Assembly (NCBI GenBank): GCA_013265495.1
Contig: MU060042.1
Coordinates: 5,576,258-5,640,257, forward strand
DNA: 64,000 bases
Reading direction: 5' to 3'
From: Vicugna vicugna
Taxonomy: Eukaryota
Shown here: positions 24,926 to 36,859 of the stretch, piece by piece
Position numbering within the stretch: the stretch's first letter is position 1
Layout of the letters: every line of letters begins with the position of its first letter
Translations under genes and position numbers: made by a program
The notes under the pieces: generated by a model
Told to the model about the DNA's origin: nothing
Databases searched by the model: none
What the model saw: only the letters and a program-made list of their open reading frames with translations

Positions 24926-25006
24926 GGGCTGTCGGGACCCCGGGCTGCGGGGCTGACCCGGGGCTGACCGTCGGGATCCCGGGCTGCGGGGCTGACCCGG
25001 GCTGTC
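24926..25006. repeat. Short GC-rich tandem repeat (about 38-39 bp x2, with internal ggggctgacc sub-repeats)
   Basis: gtcgggaccccgggctgcggggctgacccggggctgacc followed by gtcgggatcccgggctgcggggctgacccgggctgtc. Confidence 0.85.
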
Positions 25007-27340
25007 ACGCCCTCCTACACTTGTCAGGGGTCAGGCCACACCTTTCTGTGTGTGTGAGCTGGGGTCGTCTTAGTCCCCCAGGCAGCCAGCCCCGCAGAGG
25101 TAGCTCTCGTCTGCACCGCAGTCCAGTCACAAGACGTCCCCGCCCCGTCCTCCAGGCTGCCTCAGAGGTGGCGAGAAGTCCATCTTCAGTTCAGGAAAGT
25201 CGCTCTTGGTTCCCGACCCACAGCAGTAAGTAGCATATGTAAAGTGCAGTCTGGGGCAAGTTTGAAACCACAGCCCTGGTGACCAGGGGTCGCTGTGTCT
25301 GAGACGCGCGGGGCTCTGCTGCCTCTCCCCCTCGAAGGGATCACCGCATGGAAATGGCACTTGTGTTCAGGCCGCCCCCGCCCGGAAGCTGGCCGCGGAG
25401 CTGGGTGTCCCCGCCGTGCACAGAATGCACGTCTCCTTTAGTCAAAATGAATCTTGCCCTGTTCCAGAAGGCTGCCTCTCGTTAATGAAACCATTGTAAT
25501 TAAGAATTAAAAAAATGCAAGAAATGTGCAATTCAGACGTCCGGTGCGGCTGCAAGGTAACTGTTAGCTGTCTGATTGGAACCGTTTCTGACCTCTGACC
25601 CTGGCTGCCTCGTCATTAGCATGGCCGTTAGGGTCCTCACTGGGGTCTGACACTAAGGGGCAACGACCTCCCCTCCAGCGAAAGAGACATTAGCCGATCC
25701 GTGTCCACTGGACCACAAATGACCCGACTCAGCGTCATATCCATCACCAAAAAGGCACCGTGACACAGGGCTGGCACGGGGGCAGGCTGTCCCCCTCACC
25801 CGGGAGGCTGCGCACCTGGGCGTGAGCTCGGAGGTAGGCCCCTCACGCTCTGCACCTTTGGGGAGAGTCAGACTTCTTCCAGACGTTCCTTTACAAACGC
25901 AACGTCGTTCCCACTTTGTGTCGAAAGCTGGGTGGGGAAGTTGACACAACACTGTAAACTGACGACACTTCAGTCAAGGATCCAGGAGGGTGTGAAAAAC
26001 ATTCAACAGCCCACGAGATGCCTAAAAACGACCTGCTGGGTGGGCGGGGGTTCCCGGTTTGTGCCTTTGACACACTCCCTCGGCAGCAGTGCTGCGGGTG
26101 GCAGGGCCCCTCCATCCTGCCGGAGACGCCGCCGTGAGCTCGGACCCCCGTCCCCGCCCCCACCCCAGCCGCTGACAGCAGTTGAATCTATGGGAGGAAG
26201 GAATTCACCTCGCGCCACCCCACCGTGATTATAACTCGTTGCCGACGTCCAGCTCTGACAGGCTCCATCTCGTCTGCCCCTGGGCACTGAGGCCCTCATT
26301 TACAGCCTCAAGACCATCTCACTCATGGCGGCTCGCCGGACGCCAGGGCGGGTGATGGATAGACTGGAGGGGGGCGGTGTTGGTAGCGCAGACGGTGCAG
26401 TGACGGACAATCAGGCAAATTGCTCAGAAGTCCACAGGCGGCCTCGGCAGCAGGCGTGGGTGCGGATGTTGAGACGGCCGGACCCTCGGGGAGCCGGGGA
26501 AGGGGCTGGCTGGAGCCTCGCCACTCCCACGGATAGCAGGGCTGCGTGCCAGGGTGCTGGCTCACCGCCTCATCCCCCATCAGCGGTGTCTCTGGCTCCT
26601 CCTCCTGCGCCCCAAGGTCCCGTCCCGAAGCGCAGAGCAGAAACCAACCGGGGACCGGCTCACCGGCTCCGAGTCACCCGACGTCCTCACCCCACGCTTT
26701 CTCTCCTCCTCCTCAACAGCACTTCCTCACAGGCTGCTTGGTTCGTGACCCGCAGCACCGGCCTGCGGTATTTTATGTTCCCGCTCCCTGCCAGGTGGTC
26801 CATCACCGTCCTGACAGAAGCCACCAGCTTACGCAGACAAGCGTTTGGCCCGTGGCAGGACTCGGCCGCCGGCAGGGAGGATAACGCCCGTGACCCCCGC
26901 CACACCGACCTCGGAGACGGACGCGGATGGAAGGTCACTCCTAGAACGAGCCTCCCGAGTAAAGTCCGTGTGACGCCCGCGAGAAGACATGAGGGAGAAG
27001 GCAGGCCGAACGCCGGGCCGCACAGAGACAGGTCACTTCACCAAGGGACAAGGAAACGTGCTCTCTGCCTGAATGCCCCGTTGCTGATAATTTATCAAGG
27101 TTTGCAAATCACACTTCTTCACATCATTTCATGCATGGATTCCCACCCTGCTTCCTGCAATTATATGTGCATATTTGGGGAGAGAGACAGGAACGGGACT
27201 CTGGGAGGGGGTGGCGGTTTCTCTTCCTGCACACCTGCAGGTCAGCTTGTTCGTCTGTGAAGGGCGTTCAGGATCTCAGCCTCGGCAGCGCGGTCCTTGC
27301 TGCGGCCCTCCGTCCTGCGTTTACTTTGTCTCTTCCTCAG

Positions 27341-27501
27341 CTCTAAGGGGCAGTCGGTCAGCTTTCGACAGAAGCCACCTCTCTCCGAGGAGCGTGGTTC
27401 TTCGCCGCGTCCCCGTAAAAAGCACGCTGTAGCAGAATATGCGGCAACAGGGAAACGCTTACAGCACGTCGAGGATGAGAGCAGGTGGCTCCGTTCGCGA
27501 G
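27341..27501 (+). CDS. Candidate internal exon (SKGQSVSFRQKPPLSEERGSSPRPRKKHAVAEYAATGKRLQHVEDESRWLRSR) of an unidentified gene or lncRNA
   Basis: Excellent acceptor tttactttgtctcttcctcag| and donor GAG|gtaaca; 161 nt with only one open frame (phase 2 to 1). Confidence 0.4.
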
Positions 27502-28408
27502 GTAACAGAAGCCCGAGGAGCACAGGTGCACGCGGGCGCCTGGAGGGGGCCCGCGCGTCCCCCGGGTCAGCGTCTCTGCCCATCTTCCTCCTCCTCCTCC
27601 GTGCTCCCCGACCCCTTGGGGCGTCTTCCCTCCGGGCATGCGGTGCGTCTACAGCCGGAGGGGAGCCCGGAATGCTGCTGGGCTTGCTCCCCTCATGGCT
27701 TAAGCCCCTCCTCTCTCCACCTCCTCCTCCGATTTGAGGGAAACCACACATCTTTCTGGGTCTCTGAGCAATACTCTCATTAGGGCTCAGCTGGTGGAAA
27801 AATCGCCAGTATTACCCTTCTTTCTGCCTTCAGAGTGAGCGGGTCGCCCCTCAGCAGGCTGGGGATCCTACTTCATCTGCCGGGGGTGGGGGCTGGTCCG
27901 GAGGGAGGAGGCATCGGGGGTGGGGAAGGAGGCCAGGTTCTGGTGGGACTAGGGGACGGCGTCAGGGAGAACATTCCAGCGCCTCCGGGAGGCCTGGCCC
28001 GCGGTCCTGGCAACACCTGCTCGTCGTCACTTTCAAAGCCAGGCGGCAGGTGTACGGGGAGCAGGGGACGGAGTCGCTCTGCCAGAAACCAGCTGCCAAG
28101 CACCCCCGGCCTTCGTTCCAGCTCGAGAAACTCGGGGAACACACACCCCAAGTCCAGGGCCTCTTCCAGCCCGCGGCGTCCCAGGCAACCCTCAGCCGGG
28201 GAGTCGGGCAGGCGGGCGTGCCCCGAGGGGGGGGTGCAGATCCTGGAGGGCCCGGGACACTGACTCCTGACGCACAGACCTCGACGGCCCTGAAGGCAGT
28301 AGACTGCGAGGGCGCAGTCACGTTCCTGGGGCGGGCGCTGATTGCCATCTGGACGCTTTGCCACAACAGCAAGGCACTGGCTGACCAGCTCTTCTTTTTT
28401 TTTAACAG

Positions 28409-28443
28409 GAGAAACTCTCAGGGAGCTGAACCGTTTGCTCTGA
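28409..28443 (+). CDS. Candidate terminal exon, coding part (G-ETLRELNRLL-stop)
   Basis: Branch point ctgac at 28381-28385 and acceptor ctcttctttttttttaacag|. It is phase-1 compatible with 27341-27501. An AATAAA lies at 29288-29293. Confidence 0.35.
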
Positions 28444-29671
28444 GAGGGCGACAGGCCAGGCCCAGGGCGGGGGGGCTCAGGACTCCGAGCCTCGCTCACC
28501 AAATTCAGGGCGGCTCCCGGGAGACAGGCGTGGGTGGGTCCCTGTCGTGGGGTGTGGATCTGCCCGACTGTGGAACACGGCCTCAGCCCGGTGACTTCTA
28601 ACCGACTCCGCCTAGACTCCTCCACGTGTAAGTGGAGGCCCTGGGCCACTGACCCACTGACCCCACCCCAGCAGCCCGTGGCCCCGCCCCCGGCCGCGGC
28701 CCTGCACTGAGTCCCGGGACCGCCGTCAGCATCCTTCAGGGCTGGACTCAAGCTCAGCGAGGCTTCTGTCCCGCGGCGCCGCACCCCCGCTCCCCGAGCC
28801 CCAGCCCTGCAGCAGCCCCAGGCCCTGGCGTGGGGAGGGTCCCCGAGGCCCGAAGGGTCTCCTCCCATCACTGTCCGCGCCGCCCCACCACTTGGTAGGT
28901 TGCTTTGCACCCACGGACTCGGGAACGCCAGTCCCACTGGCCCCTTAGAAAACCCGCATCGCGGCCAGTGCCGGTCCACGGGCATGGCTGGCGTGGGCGT
29001 GGCAGAGCTGCATCTCACTCCGGGCGCTCTCGGGAAGGGGAGAGCTCTCACAGGGGCCTCTTCACACAGTTCACTTTGCAAAACCTTCTCAAGACTGAAC
29101 ATTCGTGAAGACTCTCATGCCCCTGAAAGCGGTATTGGGATTGACAAAAGGGACCCAGGGCCTCGATGGTGCAGAGGGACACCCAAGTATCTCTCCCCAA
29201 CTCTGTGAGTGGCCACCCCTCCCCAGGGCCCCACTTGGTGAGGCTCCCTGTGACCTCAGCTAAATCCACCTTAATTTGCTCCCTCGAAATAAAATGCAGG
29301 TTCTTGGTCCCCAGCACCAGAGTTCTGAGTCTGGTTCTCCAGCTGGCTAATAGGGGCGTCACCCCTCCAATCTGCATCAATGCATGCACAACACACCCTG
29401 GGCACGCGCGACCTTGTCCCCCTGTGGTGCGAGGCTGGCGTCCATCGATTTCATGGAGAAACCCCGTCAAAAGGCTATGAACGTGTTGTGGCTGGAAAAT
29501 GCCAAGTGTGGGGTGGGGGGACAGCACCCTCAGATTACCCGCAGAAAGATGTTGCCCCACCCTCTGGGGTCGCGCCTGCAGGAAGCCACCCGCAGGTGTG
29601 TGCTTACGGCCTGAACACATTCACAGACTCAGAGAGCACTTTTACTCAAAGAAAGGGGCTCTTGACTTGTT

Positions 29672-30570
29672 TTGACTTTTTTCTTGTCTTTAACACCTTT
29701 ATTGAGATGCAATTTGCAGTCCACCCTCTGTATCAGCAGGTTCTCCATCTTTTGGTTCAACCAACCACGGATGCAAAGTACTAGAAAAAAGATGCCAGAA
29801 AGTTCCAAAAACCAAAGTGGAATTTACCAGGTGCCAGCAACTGCTTACACAGCGTTGACATTAAATGACCTAGAGATGATTTATTTAACGTATACGGAAG
29901 GATGTATGTAGGTTACATGCAAATACAAGGCCATTTTATACAGAGGACTTGAGAGCATCCTTGGATTTTGGTGCCCGAGGAGGCCCTGAGATCCAGGTCC
30001 CACAGGTGCCAAGGGACAACTGTACACCCCACAATGTTCAGTGTAATGTGCACCTTCCAGTGTCTTCAGTATATTCTCAGAATTACGAGATCATCATCGT
30101 ATGTTAATTTTATAACATTTTTATCACTCCAGAAGGAAAGCTTATACCCATCAGTAGTCACGCCCACTCCCCCACCCCACCCCCCGGGCAGCCACCAGCC
30201 CACTTTCTACTGGCATGTTTACTCTTCTGGACGTTCTATAAAAACGTCCTCACACATAGGTGGTCTTTTCTGGCTGGCTTCTTCCCCCAAGCAAAACGTT
30301 TTCAGGGTTCATCCCTTTGCGTGGCCAAACAGCACCCCACCGCGTGGACGGAGGACATGTCTTTCATCCTTCGTCAGCTGGCAGGCACTGCGTTCGTGCT
30401 GTCTCCCTGCGGGGCTCTTGCTGGGATGCTGCTGAGAACGTCCCCGCACAGCCTTGTGCGGACGCGTGCTCGTTTCTCTCGGGTGCTTCGCCAGGAGCGC
30501 ATTTCCGGGTCACACGCTATCTTGACGTTTAACATTTCGGGAAACTTCTGTTGATTTTTACAGCTGTTGA
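29672..30570 (-). mobile_element. L1MB-like 3' end, interrupted by a MER2-type element
   Basis: 'ttattgagatgcaattt...tttataacatttttatcactccagaaggaaagc...ttttcagggttcatcc...gctgctgagaac...gtttaacatttcgggaaac' follows the antisense L1MB 3' consensus. Confidence 0.8.
29717..30022 (+). mobile_element. MER2-family (TcMar-Tigger) MITE
   Basis: Begins cagtccaccctctgtatc, contains 'ctagagatgattt...gtatacggaaggatgtatgtaggttacatgcaaatac...ccattttata...ggacttgag', and ends gggacaactg followed by TA. Confidence 0.85.
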
Positions 30571-30628
30571 AGCCCAGGGCTGCCAAGAACACCTTTCCTT
30601 TTATAACTTGTCTGTGTCTCTGTCTCTG

Positions 30629-30757
30629 NNNNNNNNNNNNNNNNNNNNNNNNNNNNNNNNNNNNNNNNNNNNNNNNNNNNNNNNNNNNNNNNNNNNNNNN
30701 NNNNNNNNNNNNNNNNNNNNNNNNNNNNNNNNNNNNNNNNNNNNNNNNNNNNNNNNN
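30629..30757. other. N run (129 nt) starting in a (GTCT/CT) simple repeat
   Basis: Directly visible; left flank is tctgtgtctctgtctctg. Confidence 0.98.
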
Positions 30758-33700
30758 AGTCAGCACCCGCAGCTGTGGTCCGGGTCCGCACATCACTCAC
30801 TCAGCAGCCCCGCAGCTTGTCCACACGCCCAGTGTCTGGACGCACAGGAGCACAGTCTCACTTAACCCGAGGTAACCCACGGGCGGCTACAATGGCTGCG
30901 ACAACGGGCATCGTTTTGCTTCTTAATCCCCCGAGGGCCCTGAGAATGGGCCCCAGTTTGAAATGACCTAAGAGGCACTTGTCGGGCCTGACTGGGAGCG
31001 TCTCGGGGACGGGAGGGCTTTTATCCCTAAGCTGGCGCATTCCTCCTGTGCGTAATCTGCTCCTAACAAGGTACCTGCTCTCGCTAATTCTTTTCTTCTG
31101 AAAAAAGCAATGGGCCAAGAGTCGCTGTTTCACAATGCTTGTTTGCAGGAAGAAAACCTATTTTCCAACAAGCAAAAGAAGACGAGAAATGTGGCAGTTT
31201 GTAAGAACAGTGGCTCAAGTGTTCTTTTTTTTCTTTCAGATGTCTTTTCACTCACAGCTTTGCAAACACTGTGCCTCTCATTTTTAGAGAACGTCTCCTC
31301 TGGGCCCTGCAAACACCCTGCGTGGTGAGCCTCGGCCCCGCATCAAGGAGACACTTCCCAGCTCCCAGACGTAAGGTCTTTAAACCAAGTCAAGCAAGTG
31401 AGCAAAAAAATTATTCTACAGACAGGGACCCAGCCCGTGGGGTCGTCTCTCACAGCCGACAAGGACGCTGCCCCAGAGCGCGGTCCCCATGTGTGGGGGG
31501 TGGGGGTGGCGCCCGGCTTCGTCCCCATGGGCCCAGCTCTCTGGAAAGGCAGGGCCTTGGGGCGGCCCAGCCACTGGGGCCACTCAGGGCTCCGTGTCCA
31601 CTGGACCCCAGGCCCCCAGGGGACCAGTGCCTACCCCTCCCCAGCTGCTCTCCTGGGAGGACAGTGTGCAAGCCCACAGAGCCCATCCCGACCAGAGTGT
31701 CCAGCCCGGGCGGCTGAGGGAGGGTGCACTCCAGTAACCCACCTGCCGGCCACACAGCCAGGACCGTGACAGCCTCAGGCCCTGCGTCCCGAGCACGTCG
31801 TCTCCTGTGTCTCACTCGGCTGTGCTCTCGGCCCCGCGCACTGGGTGTTCCATTCCTGGCAGCCTTCATGCAACCAGGCCGGCCCCGCACTGGGGGCCAG
31901 GGAGGAGCAGGGCTGACGACCCGGGCCCCGTGGAGCGCCCGTGTGAGCAGACATGGGAGCAAACCTGCTCCCGGTGGTCTGAAGCACCGTCCTGTCCCCA
32001 CGCCCTCCACAAATGCCCCGTGTGGGTTCCGACCCTTGGTTTGCCACCCCATCCTGGGTGCCCAGCAAACTCAGTCTGGTCCCTCCAGCCCTGCCCTCGC
32101 GTCACTGTTTCTGTTTCTGCACGACACAGAGCTCGGTGAGTGCATGAGACCAGGTCAGCGGACTGTGAAGTCTTCTTCGAAATCCAGCACGTGCTGGTCA
32201 CCCAGTACCTGACGGAGCACAGTTTTACCAGGAATAAAGCTGCACAGAAAAGTGGGTCACCCCGTGAGTGAACTGCACAGCTGCCCTGCAGAAGAAACCG
32301 AGTGCCAGGCCCGGGACCCTGAGCCCCCGGCTCGGCGATGCTGTGGGGCCTCCCCCAGCCCCCCAGTCACCAGGCAGAGCCGGAGCCGTGGAGACCTGCT
32401 TCAGCGTGTGCTGTAGGAGGAAGCGAGAGAAGTCCAGGCGTCCTGTCTCACTTCCTCTCAAACCACAGCACAGATAATCTTCAACATGTGGGATGTTTAG
32501 CAACTTCACTAACTTCGCTTCTTTTTTCCGCAGCTGACTGAGGAAGAGGAGACACCAGGAACCCCTACACGTCAGGGGAGGACCCCGGTCGGCAGGCACC
32601 TCGGGCACCAGCCGCGCGGAGAGACCAGGACGGGCGCCTAAAGCCGGAGCCCCGCACCCGGCCCCCTCCTGGATCAGCACGCGGCTCTGCTGCCGAGAAC
32701 GGCTGGGCTGGGGTCCACGGCCCGTCCGCCGAGTCCCCACCCACTCTCACCCCCGGCAGCGCTCGCACGCCCCAGAATCACGGTCTTCCAGAGCGCGCCT
32801 CCCGTCTTCCTGGCAGATCCCCCGGCTGACACTCCCCATCGCTGCAACTGATGTAGATTTAACGCTTTTGTTGACCTTGGATTTCTTTCTCCCTGTTTCA
32901 TTTCTTCCTTCTATCCCGACTTTGGGCTGCTTCTGTCTGCTCTCCTTTGTGCCTCCTGGTATCTGTCCCACTGCCTCTCATCTGTTCTTAAGTAGCGCTT
33001 TGCATTTCATCTACTTCTACCTCCTAACGAGTACAGCGCGCGTCCCGGGCTGGCTTATGTGCCGTCACCTGGTTCGCTCAGTCTGTATCCATCAGTCCTC
33101 TCGTCAGCATCCGAGTCATCACCACGTCCGCCAACTCCGTTTCTGAAACACCTGCTGACACCACCCCTCGCCTGCCCGGGCCCTGGCGGGCACACTTTCC
33201 AGCCACTCACACGTCCAACTGCATCCCTCAGGGGCCCCAGTGGCACAGTCAGGCTGTGCGGACAGGCGGGTAAATGCAGGGTCTCAACTCTGTCGGAGAA
33301 AGCACTGGGCTGCACACGGAGCTGGGCGGGCAGCGGCACAGGAGGGGGCGAGCCATGACCCTGTCCTCCCACGTCTGTCCTGGGAGAGGGGACCCAGGCC
33401 CTGAACCCCACAGGGAGAAGTGAGAGGAAGTTAGGGAGACACGGGTGTGCATTTGGTTAAATCTGAGAAAGAGCTTCCTCATCACTTGGCGTGTCCTGGG
33501 GCGGAGAAGCCTTCCTCGTGGGAAACGGCCCTCCCGTCAGAGTCGCTCAGGACACTCAGACCAGGTGTTCTTAGTGGACTGGCTCCACAGGGACCACGAC
33601 ACAGGACCAAGGATGCTGTGACAAAGTGGGTACTGTGGGGGGGGCGGGGGGTACTGGGGGACCCTGAGGCGCCTGAGCGAAGGGGACAGGACAGGACCCA

Positions 33701-35564
33701 CTGTTTTTGGCCACAGGTGCAGGAGGGGACACCGACGTTGAGGGTGACGTTGACCTGAGTGTCCTCCGGGAGGCAGCTCTGCCAGGGCAACTCCTGGGCA
33801 GCTGTGGAGCGTGGATGTGAGGGTCACAGCTCAGGCTGTGAGGATTGAGACCCACTGGGCGGTCACACATGGGGAAGTCCCAGGGGCTGTCACTCTGGCC
33901 ACGTCCCTGCACCCACACGGGGACCAGAGGCAGAAAGGCCAGCCCCCTGGAGCCGCCACCTCACCCTCCCAGTGATGTCACGATCCAGGAGGGGCCCGGC
34001 CATCACGCCCCCACCTCCCACCTCACACGGGGGCTGAGGGCTCTGGTGGGGGCTCAGCTGTCTGTCCCCCAGCAGGGGTCCCGCACCTTCCAAGCTGGCA
34101 AAGCGCGTCTTCCGCCGGCCTGATCAAGGCCTTTGTCCTGCCCTTTATTCTTGCGCCCGGCGTGTTCTGGTGTCGCTGTCCCGACCGTTCCTGCGTCTCC
34201 CCTGGTGACAAGAAGTCACTGTGGCTGCGGCTGGAGACGCCGCAAAGAAAAGCAAAGAGGCTTAGCAGACCTCAGCCTGCGGATTAAGTGCCTCTTCAAA
34301 GATGCCAGCCCAGATGTGGCCGCTGCCGCCACTCCCCCAGCAACAGCTGGGAGCCACCTCGCGCTCCAGCCGTCTGTTCCCCAGTTACGAAACGAATAAA
34401 AGCTGCCTTCTTAGTGGCGGGGGTTTGTGTTGGAGGCATAATTTTCTGTTTACATTACAGAAGGGCAAGCTCGCGTGTTTTCGTTACTGCCGCAGAGACA
34501 TAAAGCGACTTGCTCTGCCATCAGGAAGTCCTCCTGTTCACAGGCGGCGACCGTGTTTGGGAGCCGGGCACCAGCGGTGCTCTGCCCACCCAGAACGTCA
34601 CTCAGCCTCACTGAGGCTGGAAAACAGCTGCAAGCCTCCAGGGTCACCTTGCCGCTCGGGGCACCCGGGTTTGCGGATCCCAGAAGGCGAAGCAGGGGTG
34701 TCGCTCTCCTGTCAGCTGCTGGTGGCCTCCAGCAGCCAGAAAGCAAAGCAGCGCAGCGCACGCTGCTGGGGCTCTGGGGTGAGGAGTCGGATCTGAAAAG
34801 GAGTCAGAACTGTTCGCTCAGGTTCAGCAGATTAGTAGCAGCCGAAACGCACTGCTGCTGACACCCGCCTGGGGGGGAGAACGTCCCTGAAGAAATCTGA
34901 GTGACAAAGCCGCCCCGCGCGGGCACCGCTCGCACGCTGCGCTGCCGTAGCCAGGGCGGGCTGAGAAGGCTGCGCTCACTGGCTTGGGCTTAAAGCAAAG
35001 TCAAATTTTTCTCTGTAACCCAGGTGTGATCCTTGGAAACCGAGCTGTTGGCAGCAGGCCTGAGGGAAAGCTCAGAAAACGTCTATTCAGCACTCGGGAA
35101 GCTCCCCTCCGGGCTGCGTGGAACCAGCCGCGTTTTTCTGCCCACACCCTCTTCTCTTCCGCAGCTTCGCTCTGGCTTGTCGGCAACGCTTGAACAGCGC
35201 TTCCACGGAAGCCTGCGCAGGGGACGCGGCCACAGCGCCGGATGGCAAGAGAAACTCAAGCTGTGGCATCTGCAAGCGCTTTGTTGTCGCAGAGTGTGGC
35301 CTTTCAGATGGTTTGCTCAGCGCTTGGCCGCCCCACAGGCACCCACCGTGGGCAGGAGGATGTGTCCGTGGGTCACGTTCCGGGGAACCGGGTTTTGGAT
35401 AAGTTCGAGCACCTGCGTCGTCAGGTAAAGAGAGAGGAGACGGCGGTCAGACCTGCCGCGAGCCAGCACGTGCAGACAAGGCGTCCGACGCCCTCTCCTT
35501 AAACCGAGATGCGACTGGCACGTGGCACTCTCCTAATTGCAGGTTCACGCATGTGATGGCTCGA

Positions 35565-35705
35565 TACTTGCATGTATCACGAAGCGAGCGCCCAGTAAGT
35601 CATCACCAAACACACTTACACGTTTTTTTTTCTTGTAATGAGAACTTTTAAGATTTACTCTCAGCGACCTTCAAAAACACAGCACAGTGTTAGCTGTAAT
35701 AACTG
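35565..35705 (-). mobile_element. L1MA-type 3' end fragment
   Basis: 'ttttttcttgtaatgagaacttttaagatttactctcagcgaccttcaaaaacacagcacagtgttagc' matches the antisense L1MA 3' motif. Confidence 0.7.
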
Positions 35706-36859
35706 TGATTTAACTTCTTAAATGTACATTACGAGGTATGACCCTTTTCTCCTTGTAACAGCTCTCAGCACCCTCAGTCTCCCTCAGAACCAAAGGTCAT
35801 ATTTCCTGGGCTGTCACCTCTGAACACAAGACCTAGCCCGCACTCCTCAAAGGCGTCGCTGGTGAAGGAGGACGGAGGCGTGGGACCCCGCCGTTGACAC
35901 GGGGCCGCGCACGGGAGGTCCCTCTGAGAGTCCCAGGGCCTGTCTCCAGGACTGCCAGTGTGCTCAATAAAGAGATTTCACGTGGCTTTCTCAAATCCTC
36001 CAGCTCACTCCGACACCCACTCTGTGCGAATGTGAGCCTTCTGTGTGAATGTGAGTCTGGCCTCTGCTCTCTTCCCAGCACAGGAAGTGAGGCCTGTCCC
36101 CTGGCCCTTCCGTCCCTGCCAGCCCAGTCCCTCCAACACCAGGCCCAGAGCACATGTCCGGGACCGGGCGCTGAAGGGACCAAGCAGCAGACCTGCGGCC
36201 TCGTGGTGCCCACAGCCCGTGGAGGGAGTCCCAACCAGACGGACGTTTACACACAGACGGCCATGCAGGCCATGGCCTGGGCGTCGGCCCTCCATGTTCC
36301 CACTGCCCACCTCTAAGGTGGTGAGTGTGGGCCCCGGCCCTCTGTGCTGTGCAGAGGGTTACGTGGGGCCCCTGGAGCAGCCGGCGTGGGGCCTGGGGTC
36401 CCTGCACACACGCCTGGCCACCCCCGACTCAGGAGCAACCACGCTCCCCCCCCCGAGGCCTCCCTGGGGTCGGCCCTGGACACACGAAAACAAATCACCG
36501 TGGGCCCGAGGGGATAGTCTGCGTCCCTCCCAGAGGCCAACCTTCGGCTGAAATGAAGCCCCTCCCTTCCCCCCGAGGTCTCTCGTTTCCCCCGGAGGAC
36601 TTTTAGGGTCTCCGGAGAAACTCCCAGGCCTGCTGCAGCACCGCAGCCCCGCACAAACCCAGTGCCCTCCCCTCCTCCAAACGGCCCGAGGGCTTCCACG
36701 CCAACCACGTGGAGAGCGCGACTGGCAAGTCTGTGACAACGTGCCAGCTCTGAACAAACGTGCTGGACGAGTAGAAGCTTACCCAGAGAGGAGAGTCTGT
36801 TTTCACCTGGGAATGGCGGACATCGGGAAGCATTCAGAAAGCTGAATTTGCCGTCAGTT

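Noticed and set aside
1070-25560. Many other isolated splice-like pairs (for example 1594-1638 +, 12931 donor +, 17677-17697 +, 19125 donor +, 8283 acceptor -)
   Set aside because: They form no consistent chain, and such matches are frequent by chance in 64 kb.
26325-27260. 311-aa plus-strand ORF
   Set aside because: Low-complexity GC-driven composition with no recognisable homology or exon boundaries.
27873-29102. 409-aa minus-strand ORF, including the protein-like stretch GLEEALDLGCVFPEFLELERR...PGFESDDEQV
   Set aside because: Non-ATG start, Pro/Gly/Arg/Ala-biased composition, no recognisable domain or flanking splice signals, and overlapping open frames on both strands, as expected in GC-rich DNA. 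A tBLASTn hit would overturn this.
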